A stretch of 16,438 bases of DNA, the filler included, from an uncultured virus (IMG/VR IMGVR_UViG_2061766007_001334) (Duplodnaviria; Heunggongvirae; Uroviricota; Caudoviricetes). It is 4 parts of one record of this genome, joined end to end, with 100 filler letters (N's around TTAATTAATTAA, not from the genome) between each part and the next. Parts side by side here need not be neighbours in the genome. Positions count along the whole stretch, not along the records: positions 1,402 to 16,079 come from IMGVR_UViG_2061766007_001334; 3 more parts are not named here. One strand, 5' to 3'. Shown one piece after another: positions 6,344 to 14,449 of the stretch. The notes under the pieces were generated by a model, which had not been told where the DNA came from, ran no database searches, and worked only from the letters and a program-made list of their open reading frames with translations. The position numbers and the translations under genes are program-made. Positions within the stretch are counted from its first letter, which is position 1. Each line of letters opens with the position of its first letter.

Positions 6344-7256
6344 CGGGCTTGAAGGATACGGACGCTGCGACCGTGGTGGTCTTTGCGCATTGTGTAGCCA
6401 ACTCCGGCGCTACTTTCTTCAACTTGGCCGAGTCGATGGATGTGCGCGTGTAGGCGGCCTTGAGGGTAAACTTGCCGCCCGGCGCGGCCATTTCGGTAAG
6501 ATTGTGCTGGAGCATATAGTCCCGCACTTTGCCATAGTAGCCTTTCAGCACCTCCTCCAAAGCGTCGGTTGTCTTTTTCAGCTTCTCAACCTCTATGGCC
6601 TTCGCGAGCACATCCGCAACCTCATCGTCGGAAAGGACGAGCGCGGCTTCCGGGGCCTCCCGGGTGTCGATGAATACGCGGCCCTCGCGTTCACAGGCGA
6701 TGAGTTCATCAACCCATTCCGCGCCGATGTCGTTTACGGGGATGAGGCCCTTGATCTTGAGCGATTTCTTGTCGCCCCAAAGACAGTACAGGCCCTCAAC
6801 AGGAACGCCGGGGTTTTGCCTCTCGAACAGGACTTTATAGATGGAAAGCTGGGCTTCCAGCGCTGCGCGATGGTACTTCTGCGTGAACTTGTAATCCACC
6901 AGAATAACGCCCTTCTCGCCCTCATATACGCCGTCAATCTTCGATGCAACGGTCTGGTTGTCGGACACCAGATACTCAGTTGCGATGCAGCGCAGGCCGA
7001 GTTTCTGGTATTGCTGGAGGAATGGGGAAATAAGGATCGCCTCGCCAGATTCGTAACTCTCGATTTCGTTATGCAGGGCTGTTCCTTCGGCGGCGGCTTT
7101 CTTTAGGGTTTCGTCGGAGATACCCTTATAGTCCGCACCGAGGTCATGGAGTTTCATTAACTCCGTAACGCCGAGCAGCACCTCTTCGCCGTCGAGAAGA
7201 TAAGTGTGCGTTTGCGGCTCAAAGAATACCCGGTCGTTTCGTACTAACTTAATCAT
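6327..7256 (-). CDS. PD-(D/E)XK exonuclease of a phage recombination module
   Basis: FFEPQTHTY...GVTELM...AAEGTALHNEIE...TEYLV...ASKIDGV...ILVDYKFT...QLSIY, followed by a C-terminal coiled coil. Adjacent to ERF. Confidence 0.85.
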   Translation of the reverse strand: MIKLVRNDRVFFEPQTHTYLLDGEEVLLGVTELMKLHDLGADYKGISDETLKKAAAEGTALHNEIESYESGEAILISPFLQQYQKLGLRCIATEYLVSDNQTVASKIDGVYEGEKGVILVDYKFTQKYHRAALEAQLSIYKVLFERQNPGVPVEGLYCLWGDKKSLKIKGLIPVNDIGAEWVDELIACEREGRVFIDTREAPEAALVLSDDEVADVLAKAIEVEKLKKTTDALEEVLKGYYGKVRDYMLQHNLTEMAAPGGKFTLKAAYTRTSIDSAKLKKVAPELATQCAKTTTVAASVSFKPDDKGQ

Positions 7257-7834
7257 TTCTTTTCGTTGATTTCCTTTTGTTTCTTGGCCATAGCTGCCTT
7301 AAATTCCTTGTCCTTGCCCCAGAATCCGTTGTAGGTCTGGAACGCCCAATTAAGCTGTTCCTGCGTTGTGAAGGAGTTTATCTGGGCGATGATCTGCTGG
7401 AGGCCCAATTCCTGTTCGGCGGACTTTGGCCTATCCACATCATCTTCGTCGGTGGCCAGATGTAGTTGCTTCATCAGGAAGTAACGCTCGCCATAGGTCA
7501 TTGCGGAGCCGATGCTCTTGTCCCAAGAGTTCATGCCGGACGATTCCCAAAGCAATTCCTTCGATTCGTCCGTATCCGAATCTACCCAAGTAAAGCGCAT
7601 CTTGATGGTGCAGAACATTTCGGATTTCGCACCGTTCTTGGTCTGGTAGTCTATCCGCGTGAAGGTGGAATCGACCACCTCGGAAAGCAGAACCAGATGC
7701 AGTTTGTCCATCTGCTCGCGGACGAGGCCGAGCAGCTTGTTGCCAGAGATATAGGCGTAGCCGTTGCCCTGCGCGTCCTTTGCGATGGCCTTGATCGCAT
7801 CTTGAAGTTGAAATAGTTTCTTATAGAGTCCCAT
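7253..7834 (-). CDS. ERF-family single-strand annealing protein
   Basis: LYKKLFQLQ...IAKDAQGNGYAY...DKSIGSAMTYGERYFLMKQLHLATDEDDVD fits the ERF signature GSAxTYxxRY..L...I.T.EDD.D. Confidence 0.9.
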   Translation of the reverse strand: MGLYKKLFQLQDAIKAIAKDAQGNGYAYISGNKLLGLVREQMDKLHLVLLSEVVDSTFTRIDYQTKNGAKSEMFCTIKMRFTWVDSDTDESKELLWESSGMNSWDKSIGSAMTYGERYFLMKQLHLATDEDDVDRPKSAEQELGLQQIIAQINSFTTQEQLNWAFQTYNGFWGKDKEFKAAMAKKQKEINEKK

Positions 7835-7840
7835 AGTGGT

Positions 7841-8524
7841 TTAGAATAATGTCGGTTGTACTATCGTTGTTTCGCCAACCTTTGTAACGCCGTTGCAAAG
7901 CATATCGTAGCGCTCGCAGCCCTTTCGGAAATAGTCTGCGTCAATCTCGCAGCCATAGAAGTCCAATCCTGCGAAAAACGCAGCTATACGACTTGCCTGC
8001 GACCCCATCATTGGATCAAACACCGTGTCGCCTTCTTTCGCGTAGTGCCGATATAGCCAAGCGTAGAGCCCGATCGGTTTTGCGGTGGGATGAAAGTTTA
8101 TATCGTCCGGGTTACGCTGCGGCATTGCCTCATATACCTTCGGGACAGTATCAAAGGATGTCCACGCGTACTCGGCCATCGCCATTGAGAAGTCTTCGGA
8201 TATTGTTGCCTTTCGCCATACGACAAAGCATTTTGTCGGAGGCATTACAAAGTGGTTTGCGCCCCAGACGATCTGGTTCTTGCTAATCCGAAATAGCTGC
8301 TCCCAAAACTCTTCTGGTGGGGCAATATCCCAATCTACTTCTTGAATCCTGCCGCCTTCGTCGCGTTTCTTGTATCTGTCAAAACGGCCACCGTATCGCC
8401 CCCGCTTATCGTTGAATCCCTGCTGCGCGTCCCCATACGGAGGATCGGCTACGGCGAGCGAGAAGTGCCCGTCCGGGAGTCCCTTCATGTACTCCAAGCA
8501 ATCGCAGTTGAATACTTCGGAAAC
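7841..8524 (-). CDS. DNA amino-methyltransferase (N6A/N4C, beta-type motif order), start in short gap
   Basis: SEVFNCDCLEYMKGLPDGHFSLAVADPPYG...FHPTAKPIGLY...VFDPMMGSQ...GCEID: catalytic DPPY precedes the SAM-binding motif. Confidence 0.9.
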   Translation of the reverse strand, partial: VSEVFNCDCLEYMKGLPDGHFSLAVADPPYGDAQQGFNDKRGRYGGRFDRYKKRDEGGRIQEVDWDIAPPEEFWEQLFRISKNQIVWGANHFVMPPTKCFVVWRKATISEDFSMAMAEYAWTSFDTVPKVYEAMPQRNPDDINFHPTAKPIGLYAWLYRHYAKEGDTVFDPMMGSQASRIAAFFAGLDFYGCEIDADYFRKGCERYDMLCNGVTKVGETTIVQPTLF

Positions 8525-8543
8525 NNNNNNNNNNNNNNNNNNN

Positions 8544-9342
8544 ACATACGGGAGTACCCGCTCGGTACTCTCCTTGAAAAAGTCTTTCTTGATCTCAAAC
8601 CCATACGCCTTCCGGCCAAGATTCGCAGCAGCGAGAAGCGAAGACCCGCTCCCTGCGGTCGGATCAATAACCACATCGCCCGGGTCTGTAAAAATCTGGA
8701 TCAGGGACTCCAATAGCTGCCGCCCCTTTTGCGTAGGATGCACCTTCGGTGTATCGGTGTCGCGTGGGTAGTCGATGCAGTTAAAGATCATCCGGCCATC
8801 ATTGTTGAATTTCGGGAGCCGGTTGCGATAGAGAATGAGCCCATATTCGCAGTTTCCAACGATCTTCATGTTGGCCTTCAATACCTGTGGCGAGTAGTTC
8901 TTTCGGAATACCAGATTGATGTAGTGGTTAAAGCCATACCGCCTGCCGAGTTCGATGTAGNNNNNNNNNNNNNNNNNNNNNNNCAAAACAGAAGCATACA
9001 GGGCGCGCCGCCCGTCTTTTTGCCATTCTTGCCGAGATCCTTTCCTTCGGCGGCCTTTGGCTCTGGGCGAAGCATCTGCGAGCAGAAGTGCATAAATTCG
9101 GCTGGGCGGAAGTCTTTATCTGTGTCAAAAAACTGCTTCCCAGCCAATTCGCTCTCGCCGTTGGCGTTATCTCCGTCTACATACCAAGACGGGTTGCTTG
9201 CGTAGGCGTTTTCGCCAAGATTGTACGGAGGGTCAGCAATGATCAGTTGCGCCTTCGGTATCTGCCGTGTCTTGAAGTTCTGGAAGTGATCATTGAAAAG
9301 CCATATCCCCGCATCCTTGTCTATGTAGTCGGGGAGATTCAT
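8544..9342 (-). CDS. Second DNA amino-methyltransferase (beta-type), stop in short gap
   Basis: LFNDHFQNFK...AQLIIADPPYNLG...VHPTQKG...VVIDPTAGSGSSLLAA...GFEIKKDF. The frame offset at the 8961-8983 gap is an assembly effect. Confidence 0.9.
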
Positions 9343-9580
9343 GCGTTAATGCCACCGTTTTCGATCCAGTATTCACAGACCCAAGCCGTACCGCCGNNNN
9401 NNNNNNNNNNNNNNNNNNNNNNNNNNNNNNNNNNNNNNNNNNNNNNNNNNNNNNNNNNNNNNNNNNNNNNNNNNNNNNNNNNNNNNNNNNNNNNNNNNNN
9501 NNNNNNNNNNNNNNCAGATAGGAAAGAATCTTTGCCCGCTGCGTATCGCTGCGGGGCTCGTTGTCGTTGATATTAGCCAT
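9339..9580 (-). CDS. Small winged-helix HTH protein (HTH_39-like), middle in gap
   Basis: MANINDNEPRSDTQRAKILSYL...GGTAWVCEYWIENGGINA*. The TGA overlaps the MTase ATG. The TQRxxIL start and V-x-x-Y end resemble this phage HTH family. Confidence 0.6.
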
Positions 9581-9748
9581 AAGTATTGCGGTTTAGTGAT
9601 TCGCCCCCATTCCGTTTCCCCCGCCGGGGCGCTTTGGCGGGTACTCCGAACTATTTACTATATCAGATAAAAATGAGTGAAGATTCTACTTTGCGCCCCA
9701 TATCCGACGCGCATCGGCGTATTACTGCTTGGCCGATGACGCACCGAA

Positions 9749-9901
9749 TTATCCTTCAAGCGCTCTTCTTTCGAGCCTTTCGTCTATTTCCCGGTCAACC
9801 GCCTCCTCCCACAGGGCCTCCTCGTCTTCCGGCGTGAAATCTTCGTCGTATGGGTAGGACGGATCGCGTGGGTCTATCGTGCAGATATGTCGTTTCAGCA
9901 T
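9749..9901 (-). CDS. Small acidic hypothetical protein (50 aa)
   Basis: MLKRHICTIDPRDPSYPYDEDFTPEDEEALWEEAVDREIDERLERRALEG*. Overlaps the upstream stop; not in the ORF track. Confidence 0.6.
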   Translation of the reverse strand: MLKRHICTIDPRDPSYPYDEDFTPEDEEALWEEAVDREIDERLERRALEG

Positions 9902-10206
9902 GGCTTTACCTTATCCAGTTCGCTCGTGAGATAACCCGTCCTGCAACCCCGACGCACCTTGTGAATCTTTTTCTGCAATGCCCATTTTGCCAGCGTCTGC
10001 CGTGTCCGCCCGCAATACTCCGCCGCCTGCTCCACGGAAAGAAGCACATCGTCCTTCTTTTCCGTCCCGGTCAGCTTGGCGAGTTTCGCCTCCAAAGAGT
10101 CTATCTTTTCGCCCATCTGCTCGAGCATCTCGAACATCGCATCAAAAGAACGCCTCGGGATCGTGACGGTTTCCTCTGGTTCGGGGGTGCTAATTCTCTT
10201 GGTCAT
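9895..10206 (-). CDS. Excisionase-like HTH_17 DNA-binding protein (103 aa)
   Basis: MTKRISTPEP...coiled coil...LLSVEQAAEYCGRTRQTLAKWALQKKIHKVRRGCRTGYLTSELDK, a typical Xis/MerR-like winged HTH. Confidence 0.8.
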   Translation of the reverse strand: MTKRISTPEPEETVTIPRRSFDAMFEMLEQMGEKIDSLEAKLAKLTGTEKKDDVLLSVEQAAEYCGRTRQTLAKWALQKKIHKVRRGCRTGYLTSELDKVKPC

Positions 10207-10439
10207 TCCGTTTTGGTTTCGCAATGGCGCACACGGTTTTTGTGGCATAGTTGAGTCCGCTGAAAGAATAGCGGTTCTCGTCTTCGCCTTTAGAGTTAAG
10301 ACGAGAGGCGACCGATCGGCAATTATCCAAATCGGATNNNNNNNNNNNNNNNNNNNNNNNNNNNNNNNNTCCTTAAAACCTCCTGCCATCTGTGCGCCCT
10401 TATAAGGGACGCGATTTCGCTATTCAATTTTGAGTTCAT
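10190..10439 (-). CDS. Hypothetical protein (~83 aa, gapped)
   Basis: MNSKLNSEIASLIRAHRWQEVLR...SDLDNCRSVASRLNSKGEDENRYSFSGLNYATKTVCAIAKPKRNDQEN*. ATGA overlap with the HNH stop. Confidence 0.6.
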
Positions 10440-11113
10440 ATTTCCTTATTATTGGTTATTTGAGAGCGCCTCGTGTGTAATCGCTGATGCTCCATTGTTT
10501 CCCATCGGCAATTTGATGGGGAGTACCCCATAAAATTATCTATTCTATCTATTGTTAGGGAATCGTCGTACCCATGAGAAAGACTCCAATCGCGGAACGC
10601 GACGAAACTATTTCGCCAATCATCACACATCGTTATTCCCTTCGCTCCGTAATAACGATAGGCCGGATTATTCTGGTTGTAACATCTCGTTTTTATCCCA
10701 CTCCAAATCCTATATAGACGAGATTGGAGGCCGCGTTCATTTCGTTTTGCGCCGTAGTGAATAGGGTGGCCGATTCTCCTCATTACTCCCATTCTCTCTG
10801 TTTTCATCTCCTTCTTAACACGATTCGGCATCCCGCCTTTCTGGGACTTGGCTCGCTTCTTCCGAAAGTCGCCGTATTTCGCCACGCCTTCGTTAAACCT
10901 CACGAGCCCTTTCTTCTCTGTCGCCATCTCTCTCCGAAGACAGCCGCAACTCTTTGTCCTTCCGTGAAGAACCGAATACGCATCCTTTATAATCACATTT
11001 CCACAGGTACATTGCCACATAAAGAGTTGTCTTCCGTGGGAATCCCTCCCGGAAAGACCAATGCAAATTAACCTGCCGCTTTTCTCTCCTATATAATCTC
11101 GTATTGTTTTCAT
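10436..11113 (-). CDS. HNH-type homing endonuclease-like protein
   Basis: GEKSGRL...WQCTCGN...TKSCGC...RLYRIWSGIKTRCYN...YGAKGITMCDDW...F..W....GY...LTIDRIDN..GYSPSNCRW: a common free-standing phage endonuclease family. Confidence 0.88.
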   Translation of the reverse strand: MKTIRDYIGEKSGRLICIGLSGRDSHGRQLFMWQCTCGNVIIKDAYSVLHGRTKSCGCLRREMATEKKGLVRFNEGVAKYGDFRKKRAKSQKGGMPNRVKKEMKTERMGVMRRIGHPIHYGAKRNERGLQSRLYRIWSGIKTRCYNQNNPAYRYYGAKGITMCDDWRNSFVAFRDWSLSHGYDDSLTIDRIDNFMGYSPSNCRWETMEHQRLHTRRSQITNNKEI

Positions 11114-11217
11114 CTCAAATTACTCCCGTCCCCATTAGTGGCTTCGGACACGGGCAAAAGATTGCCGCTGGGTTAGAGTAGTTCCATTACATCTTCATCC
11201 CCTTTGAGGCCGAACCG

Positions 11218-11345
11218 CTATTTCTTTCGTGCCATCATTCTCAGGCTGCGGCGGGNNNNNNNNNNNNNNNNNNNNNNNNNNNNNNTGTATGCACATACCC
11301 CTGCATCTCAGATAGTAAGACTGGCTTAATGAGGCGTTCCTTCAT
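11218..11345 (-). CDS. Possible very small protein (~42 aa, gapped)
   Basis: MKERLIKPVLLSEMQGYVHT...RRSLRMMARKK*; supported by operon position only. Confidence 0.35.
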
Positions 11346-11527
11346 ACCTCACGGCGTAAATTTGTCGCCGCACTTTCTTCCGCGTTTAGGCCGGTGTTCG
11401 CCCTCGGATTTAATAAGCCCCGAAGCGAAAAATCCGAAAAATTCTCCGGGGCTATNNNNNNNNNNNNNNNNNNNNNNNNNNNNNNNNNNNNNNNNNNNAA
11501 AATCCACTCAAATTTGAGGGGTGGCAT
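11342..11527 (-). CDS. First gene of the leftward operon, possibly Cro-like (gapped, frame uncertain)
   Basis: ATG at 11527 (MPPLKFEWI...) lies just downstream of the leftward promoter and is divergent from the repressor. Confidence 0.4.
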   Translation of the reverse strand: MPPLKFEWIXXXXXXXXXXXXXXXIAPENFSDFSLRGLLNPRANTGLNAEESAATNLRREV

Positions 11528-11551
11528 CCTTTTGTCAATCAATCAACGGGA

Positions 11552-11582
11552 CAAAGGTAGGTTATTATTTCCTTAAATCAAA
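11552..11582 (-). promoter_or_regulatory. Bacteroidota sigma70 promoter driving the leftward operon
   Basis: Minus strand TTTG (11582-11579), 19 nt, then TACCTTTG (11559-11552), matching TTTG-N19-21-TAnnTTTG. Confidence 0.75.
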
Positions 11583-11598
11583 ATTTTTTTAAGGAAAT
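11567..11598. promoter_or_regulatory. Inverted repeat, candidate repressor operator
   Basis: ATTTCCTTAAA-N10-TTTAAGGAAAT, with perfect 11-bp arms straddling the -33 element in the divergent intergenic region. Confidence 0.6.
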
Positions 11599-11652
11599 TT
11601 CGCCCTAAAATGTGAATTATTTTTTGCCATACTTCTAAAATACTGATATTCA

Positions 11653-11962
11653 ATGTATAGCGATTTTAAGAAGAGGCTCGNNNNNNNNNNNNNNNNNNNN
11701 NNNNNNNNNNNCGGGCATTAACCCGGGGACAATCAACAAGATACGCGATGGTATTTCCACTACAACCCTTGCTAAAATCGCCGAATCATGTCCCGAACTC
11801 AATCTAAGGTGGCTCCTTCTGGGTGTTGGGGAAATGACCGTCCAGATTGAAACGGAGCCGAAGGCGGCAATACTTCCGTCCGTGCAGATTCACTCGGCGC
11901 AGACCGTGAATATAGGCAACTGGGGCGATCTGGTTGAACTGATCAAGGGATTGCAGAAATGA
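11653..11962 (+). CDS. XRE/CI-like HTH repressor (gapped; missed by the ORF track)
   Basis: MYSDFKKRL...GINPGTINKIRDGISTTTLAKIAESCPELNLRWLLLGVGEM...LIKGLQK*. The P-x-L-N-x-x-W-L-L-x-G-x-G-E-M motif is typical of Bacteroidota phage repressors. Confidence 0.8.
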
Positions 11963-12398
11963 AGCGGATCGCCATCATCCTCGCGCTGCTGGTGGCCGGA
12001 TGTAGCGGCCCTGACTTCCGCGCCTTCGAGTTCACGGGCGGCGACTTCGGCCCGGACGGGGAGTTTTACCATCTGGAGGCCCACTTCTTTCCATCCGCAG
12101 AGGGTTGCGATATGCTGACCATCAAGCAGCCGGGCGGCGAATATGTCGGCGGCGGAATCNNNNNNNNNNNNNNNNNNNNNNNNNNNNNNNNNNNNNNNNN
12201 ACGGTAATTGATCCCGTTATCGTAGTGTACCAGATGAAGGACGGTGGAATCGTCCGCAAGGTGGCCGACTATGTGATTATCGACGAACACGGCCAATGGC
12301 TTCTGGTTGGAACATACCCGACAAACAGAACTTATAATTTCTCCGTCCGCTTTGAGCGTGGCGACAAGACGTATTTCGACCTTTACGACAAGAAATGA
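11959..12398 (+). CDS. Lipoprotein (gapped, ~145 aa)
   Basis: Signal peptide II MKRIAIILALLVAG-C. After the gap it continues TVIDPVIVVYQMKDGG...YFDLYDKK*. ATGA overlaps on both sides. Confidence 0.75.
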
Positions 12399-12709
12399 AC
12401 GAGCAAGAGAGAATAGACTACCTGATCCTCGCGCTGGCATCCGACAACGCCCGGGTGTTTGCCGAGAAATGCGACATCAACAAGACATCGCTATCGAAAC
12501 TCCGAAACGGGCGGTTCCATATCCCGAAATTCGCAGACCGCATCCTCAATGCCTATCCACAGGTCAACCCGGACTGGCTCCTGTATGGCAAGGGCGAGCC
12601 TATGGTGGCCCCGGCCTCCGTTAACAGGATGATGGCGAAGATGGAGCAGATGGATGAAAAACTCGACCGCCTGATAAATTTATTTGGGACATTGATGAAA
12701 CAGGCTTAA
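12395..12709 (+). CDS. Second XRE-type HTH regulator
   Basis: ERIDYLI...NARVFAEKCDINKTSLSKLRNG...RILNAYPQVNPDWLLYGKGEPM, plus a short C-terminal coiled coil. Confidence 0.85.
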   Translation: MNEQERIDYLILALASDNARVFAEKCDINKTSLSKLRNGRFHIPKFADRILNAYPQVNPDWLLYGKGEPMVAPASVNRMMAKMEQMDEKLDRLINLFGTLMKQA

Positions 12710-12714
12710 TTTTG
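12683..12714 (+). promoter_or_regulatory. Bacteroidota promoter for tRNA-fMet
   Basis: TTTG (12683-12686), 20 nt, then TAATTTTG (12707-12714), ending 9 nt before the tRNA. Confidence 0.65.
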
Positions 12715-12723
12715 CGCAAAATT

Positions 12724-12797
<74 letters not shown>

Positions 12798-12803
12798 CAA
12801 CGG

Positions 12804-12842
12804 AACGGTGGATTCTTAAAAGAGTCCGCCGTTTTTCGTTTT
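12804..12842. terminator. Intrinsic terminator after tRNA-fMet
   Basis: AACGGTGGATTCT-TAAA-AGAGTCCGCCGTT followed by TTTCGTTTT. Confidence 0.75.
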
Positions 12843-12998
12843 AGCGCCGATTTTAGACACGCTGCCTCTTGGTGGATAGATTTATCGTCTGCGGAACGAT
12901 GATGCAAGGAAGGTGGNNNNNNNNNNNNNNNNNNNNTATGTCAATATATAAGGAAAGATAATAAAGGGGGTGTGGGGGAAAAAGAAGGAAACCAAACG

Positions 12999-14156
12999 CT
13001 ATTTGAAAAACGGATTGTCAGCGAGGATTTTCGCGTTCTGCTCCTGACTGACCTTGATGTACTTTAGAAAGTTCTGGGGTGTTTTGTGGCCGGTCAGCAT
13101 CATGCAGGAATGGAGAGGAACATTGTACTGCGTATAGAGCAGGGTAGCACCCGTCCGTCTGGCTGTGTGTGTCGAGATCAATTCGTGCCGATGCTTCTTG
13201 AGGATGACATTCTTCGCCCCTTCGCTCTTCGTTATTTCCATGATGTCGNNNNNNNNNNNNNNNNNNNNNNNNNNNNNNNNNNNNNNNNNNNNNNNCTGCT
13301 CGGAAATCTTTGGTACTGCGCCGCCGTTCCGTTTTAGGACTTCGCGCACCCTCGGCGCAAGCGGAATGATGACCTCGCCCTGCGTCTTGCGCTGCTTGAA
13401 CTGGAGGGTTATCTGTTTATTCTGGATATTGGCCGTAGAGAGCCGGGAATAGTCGCTGAAACGCGCAGCCGTGTAAACACCCACGATGAAACAATCACGC
13501 GCCCGGGCCTTTACTCCCGTAAGCTGGGCGTTCCAGATCAGGTCTACCTCTTCTTTTGTGAGCGCGATGGTGTCCGCCGTCGTCCACTTGTAGGAGAATT
13601 TCTTGTATTCCCGGTTCGTATGGTATTTCAGTTTCTCCCCTTCGATAAGGACTGTTTTCAGCTTTGCTATGAGGGTTGCCTGATAGTTCCCGGAATAGCC
13701 AAGTTCGTTGAGGCGCTGGACGAGCCGTGCATGGTATGCGGTGTCGATCTGCTCCCAGTCTTCCTCCGTGCCCATAATGTCGGACAATCTGCGGTATGCC
13801 AAGTCGCGGTCTTTCTTCGACGGGACATCGCGCCCGGCCCACTCTTGAAAGAAAGCCCAGAATGTCGGACGGGATGGGGCCTCTTTCTTTTTCTCCGGCC
13901 ATTTCCCGGTTATGGCGTATTCCATATAGTCCGCGATAATATCTACGCCCACATCATCTTTTTCTTGCATCCGAAGGTTGATGGGACGCAGCTTTGTCCA
14001 TACAGTCCTATCTTGGCATTTCGCACCGAGGGATTTTGCTTTCTGGTTCCAGAGCCGGGGATCAATAGACAGGCCGGTTGATTTTTTGAACTTCTGGCCG
14101 TTGATGGACACGATGAGGCGGATTCCGCCCCGGTCAAGGTTGAAAGTGTAGGTCAT
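12999..14156 (-). CDS. int: Tyrosine integrase (arm-binding, SAM-like and catalytic domains)
   Basis: Arm-type N-terminus IRLIVSINGQKFKKSTGLSIDPRLWNQK. Catalytic R (YTAARFSD), K (KQRKT), HxxR (STHTARRTGAT), H (LTGH) and Y (FLKYIK) are all present. Confidence 0.95.
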   Translation of the reverse strand: MTYTFNLDRGGIRLIVSINGQKFKKSTGLSIDPRLWNQKAKSLGAKCQDRTVWTKLRPINLRMQEKDDVGVDIIADYMEYAITGKWPEKKKEAPSRPTFWAFFQEWAGRDVPSKKDRDLAYRRLSDIMGTEEDWEQIDTAYHARLVQRLNELGYSGNYQATLIAKLKTVLIEGEKLKYHTNREYKKFSYKWTTADTIALTKEEVDLIWNAQLTGVKARARDCFIVGVYTAARFSDYSRLSTANIQNKQITLQFKQRKTQGEVIIPLAPRVREVLKRNGGAVPKISEQXXXXXXXXXXXXXXXXDIMEITKSEGAKNVILKKHRHELISTHTARRTGATLLYTQYNVPLHSCMMLTGHKTPQNFLKYIKVSQEQNAKILADNPFFK

Positions 14157-14178
14157 AATGTGGATTTCGTTTCGCAGA

Positions 14179-14223
14179 CAAAGATAGCACAAAGTACCGC
14201 AACGGCCAAATTTGCGGTACTTT
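14179..14223 (-). promoter_or_regulatory. Integrase promoter overlapped by an inverted repeat
   Basis: Minus strand TTTG (14210-14207), 20 nt, then TATCTTTG (14186-14179). Inverted repeat AAAGTACCGCAA (14191-14202) / TTGCGGTACTTT (14212-14223). Confidence 0.65.
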
Positions 14224-14380
14224 TTTCTTTACATTTTCGGAAATTAAGGGAAAGTAATGTAAATTTTATATCCCCTCCCGGCCTCTTATTTTCCGCTATC
14301 AATCATCGGAATATGCGCTAAATAGCTGGGGTTTCGGAGTTTCCCTTTGTTGCCGGTTCAAGTCTGCCAAGTGGCTCACG

Positions 14381-14414
14381 AAACCCCGTCAGGATGCGTC
14401 CCGGCGGGGTTTTT
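14381..14414. terminator. Bidirectional-looking intrinsic terminator
   Basis: AAACCCCGTCAGGA-TGCG-TCCCGGCGGGGTTTTT, just past the stop of the second recombinase. Confidence 0.7.
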
Positions 14415-14449
14415 CNNNNNNNNNNCGGTACTCCGCCCGGCCTCGCGCT

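Noticed and set aside
6246..7106. Long plus-strand ORFs antisense to the operon (e.g. 6246..7106, 14808..15383)
   Set aside because: These are shadow frames of recognisable minus-strand genes and carry no motifs of their own.
6327..7256. PD-(D/E)XK nuclease as Cas4 or an adaptation module for the array
   Set aside because: No four-Cys Fe-S cluster pattern is evident, and its position beside ERF and SSB fits a standard phage recombination module.
8878..8986. Frameshifts or pseudogenes in the MTase, Cas7-like, lipoprotein, repressor and second recombinase genes
   Set aside because: Every frame change coincides with an N run of estimated length, so there is no evidence of real disruption or programmed frameshifting.
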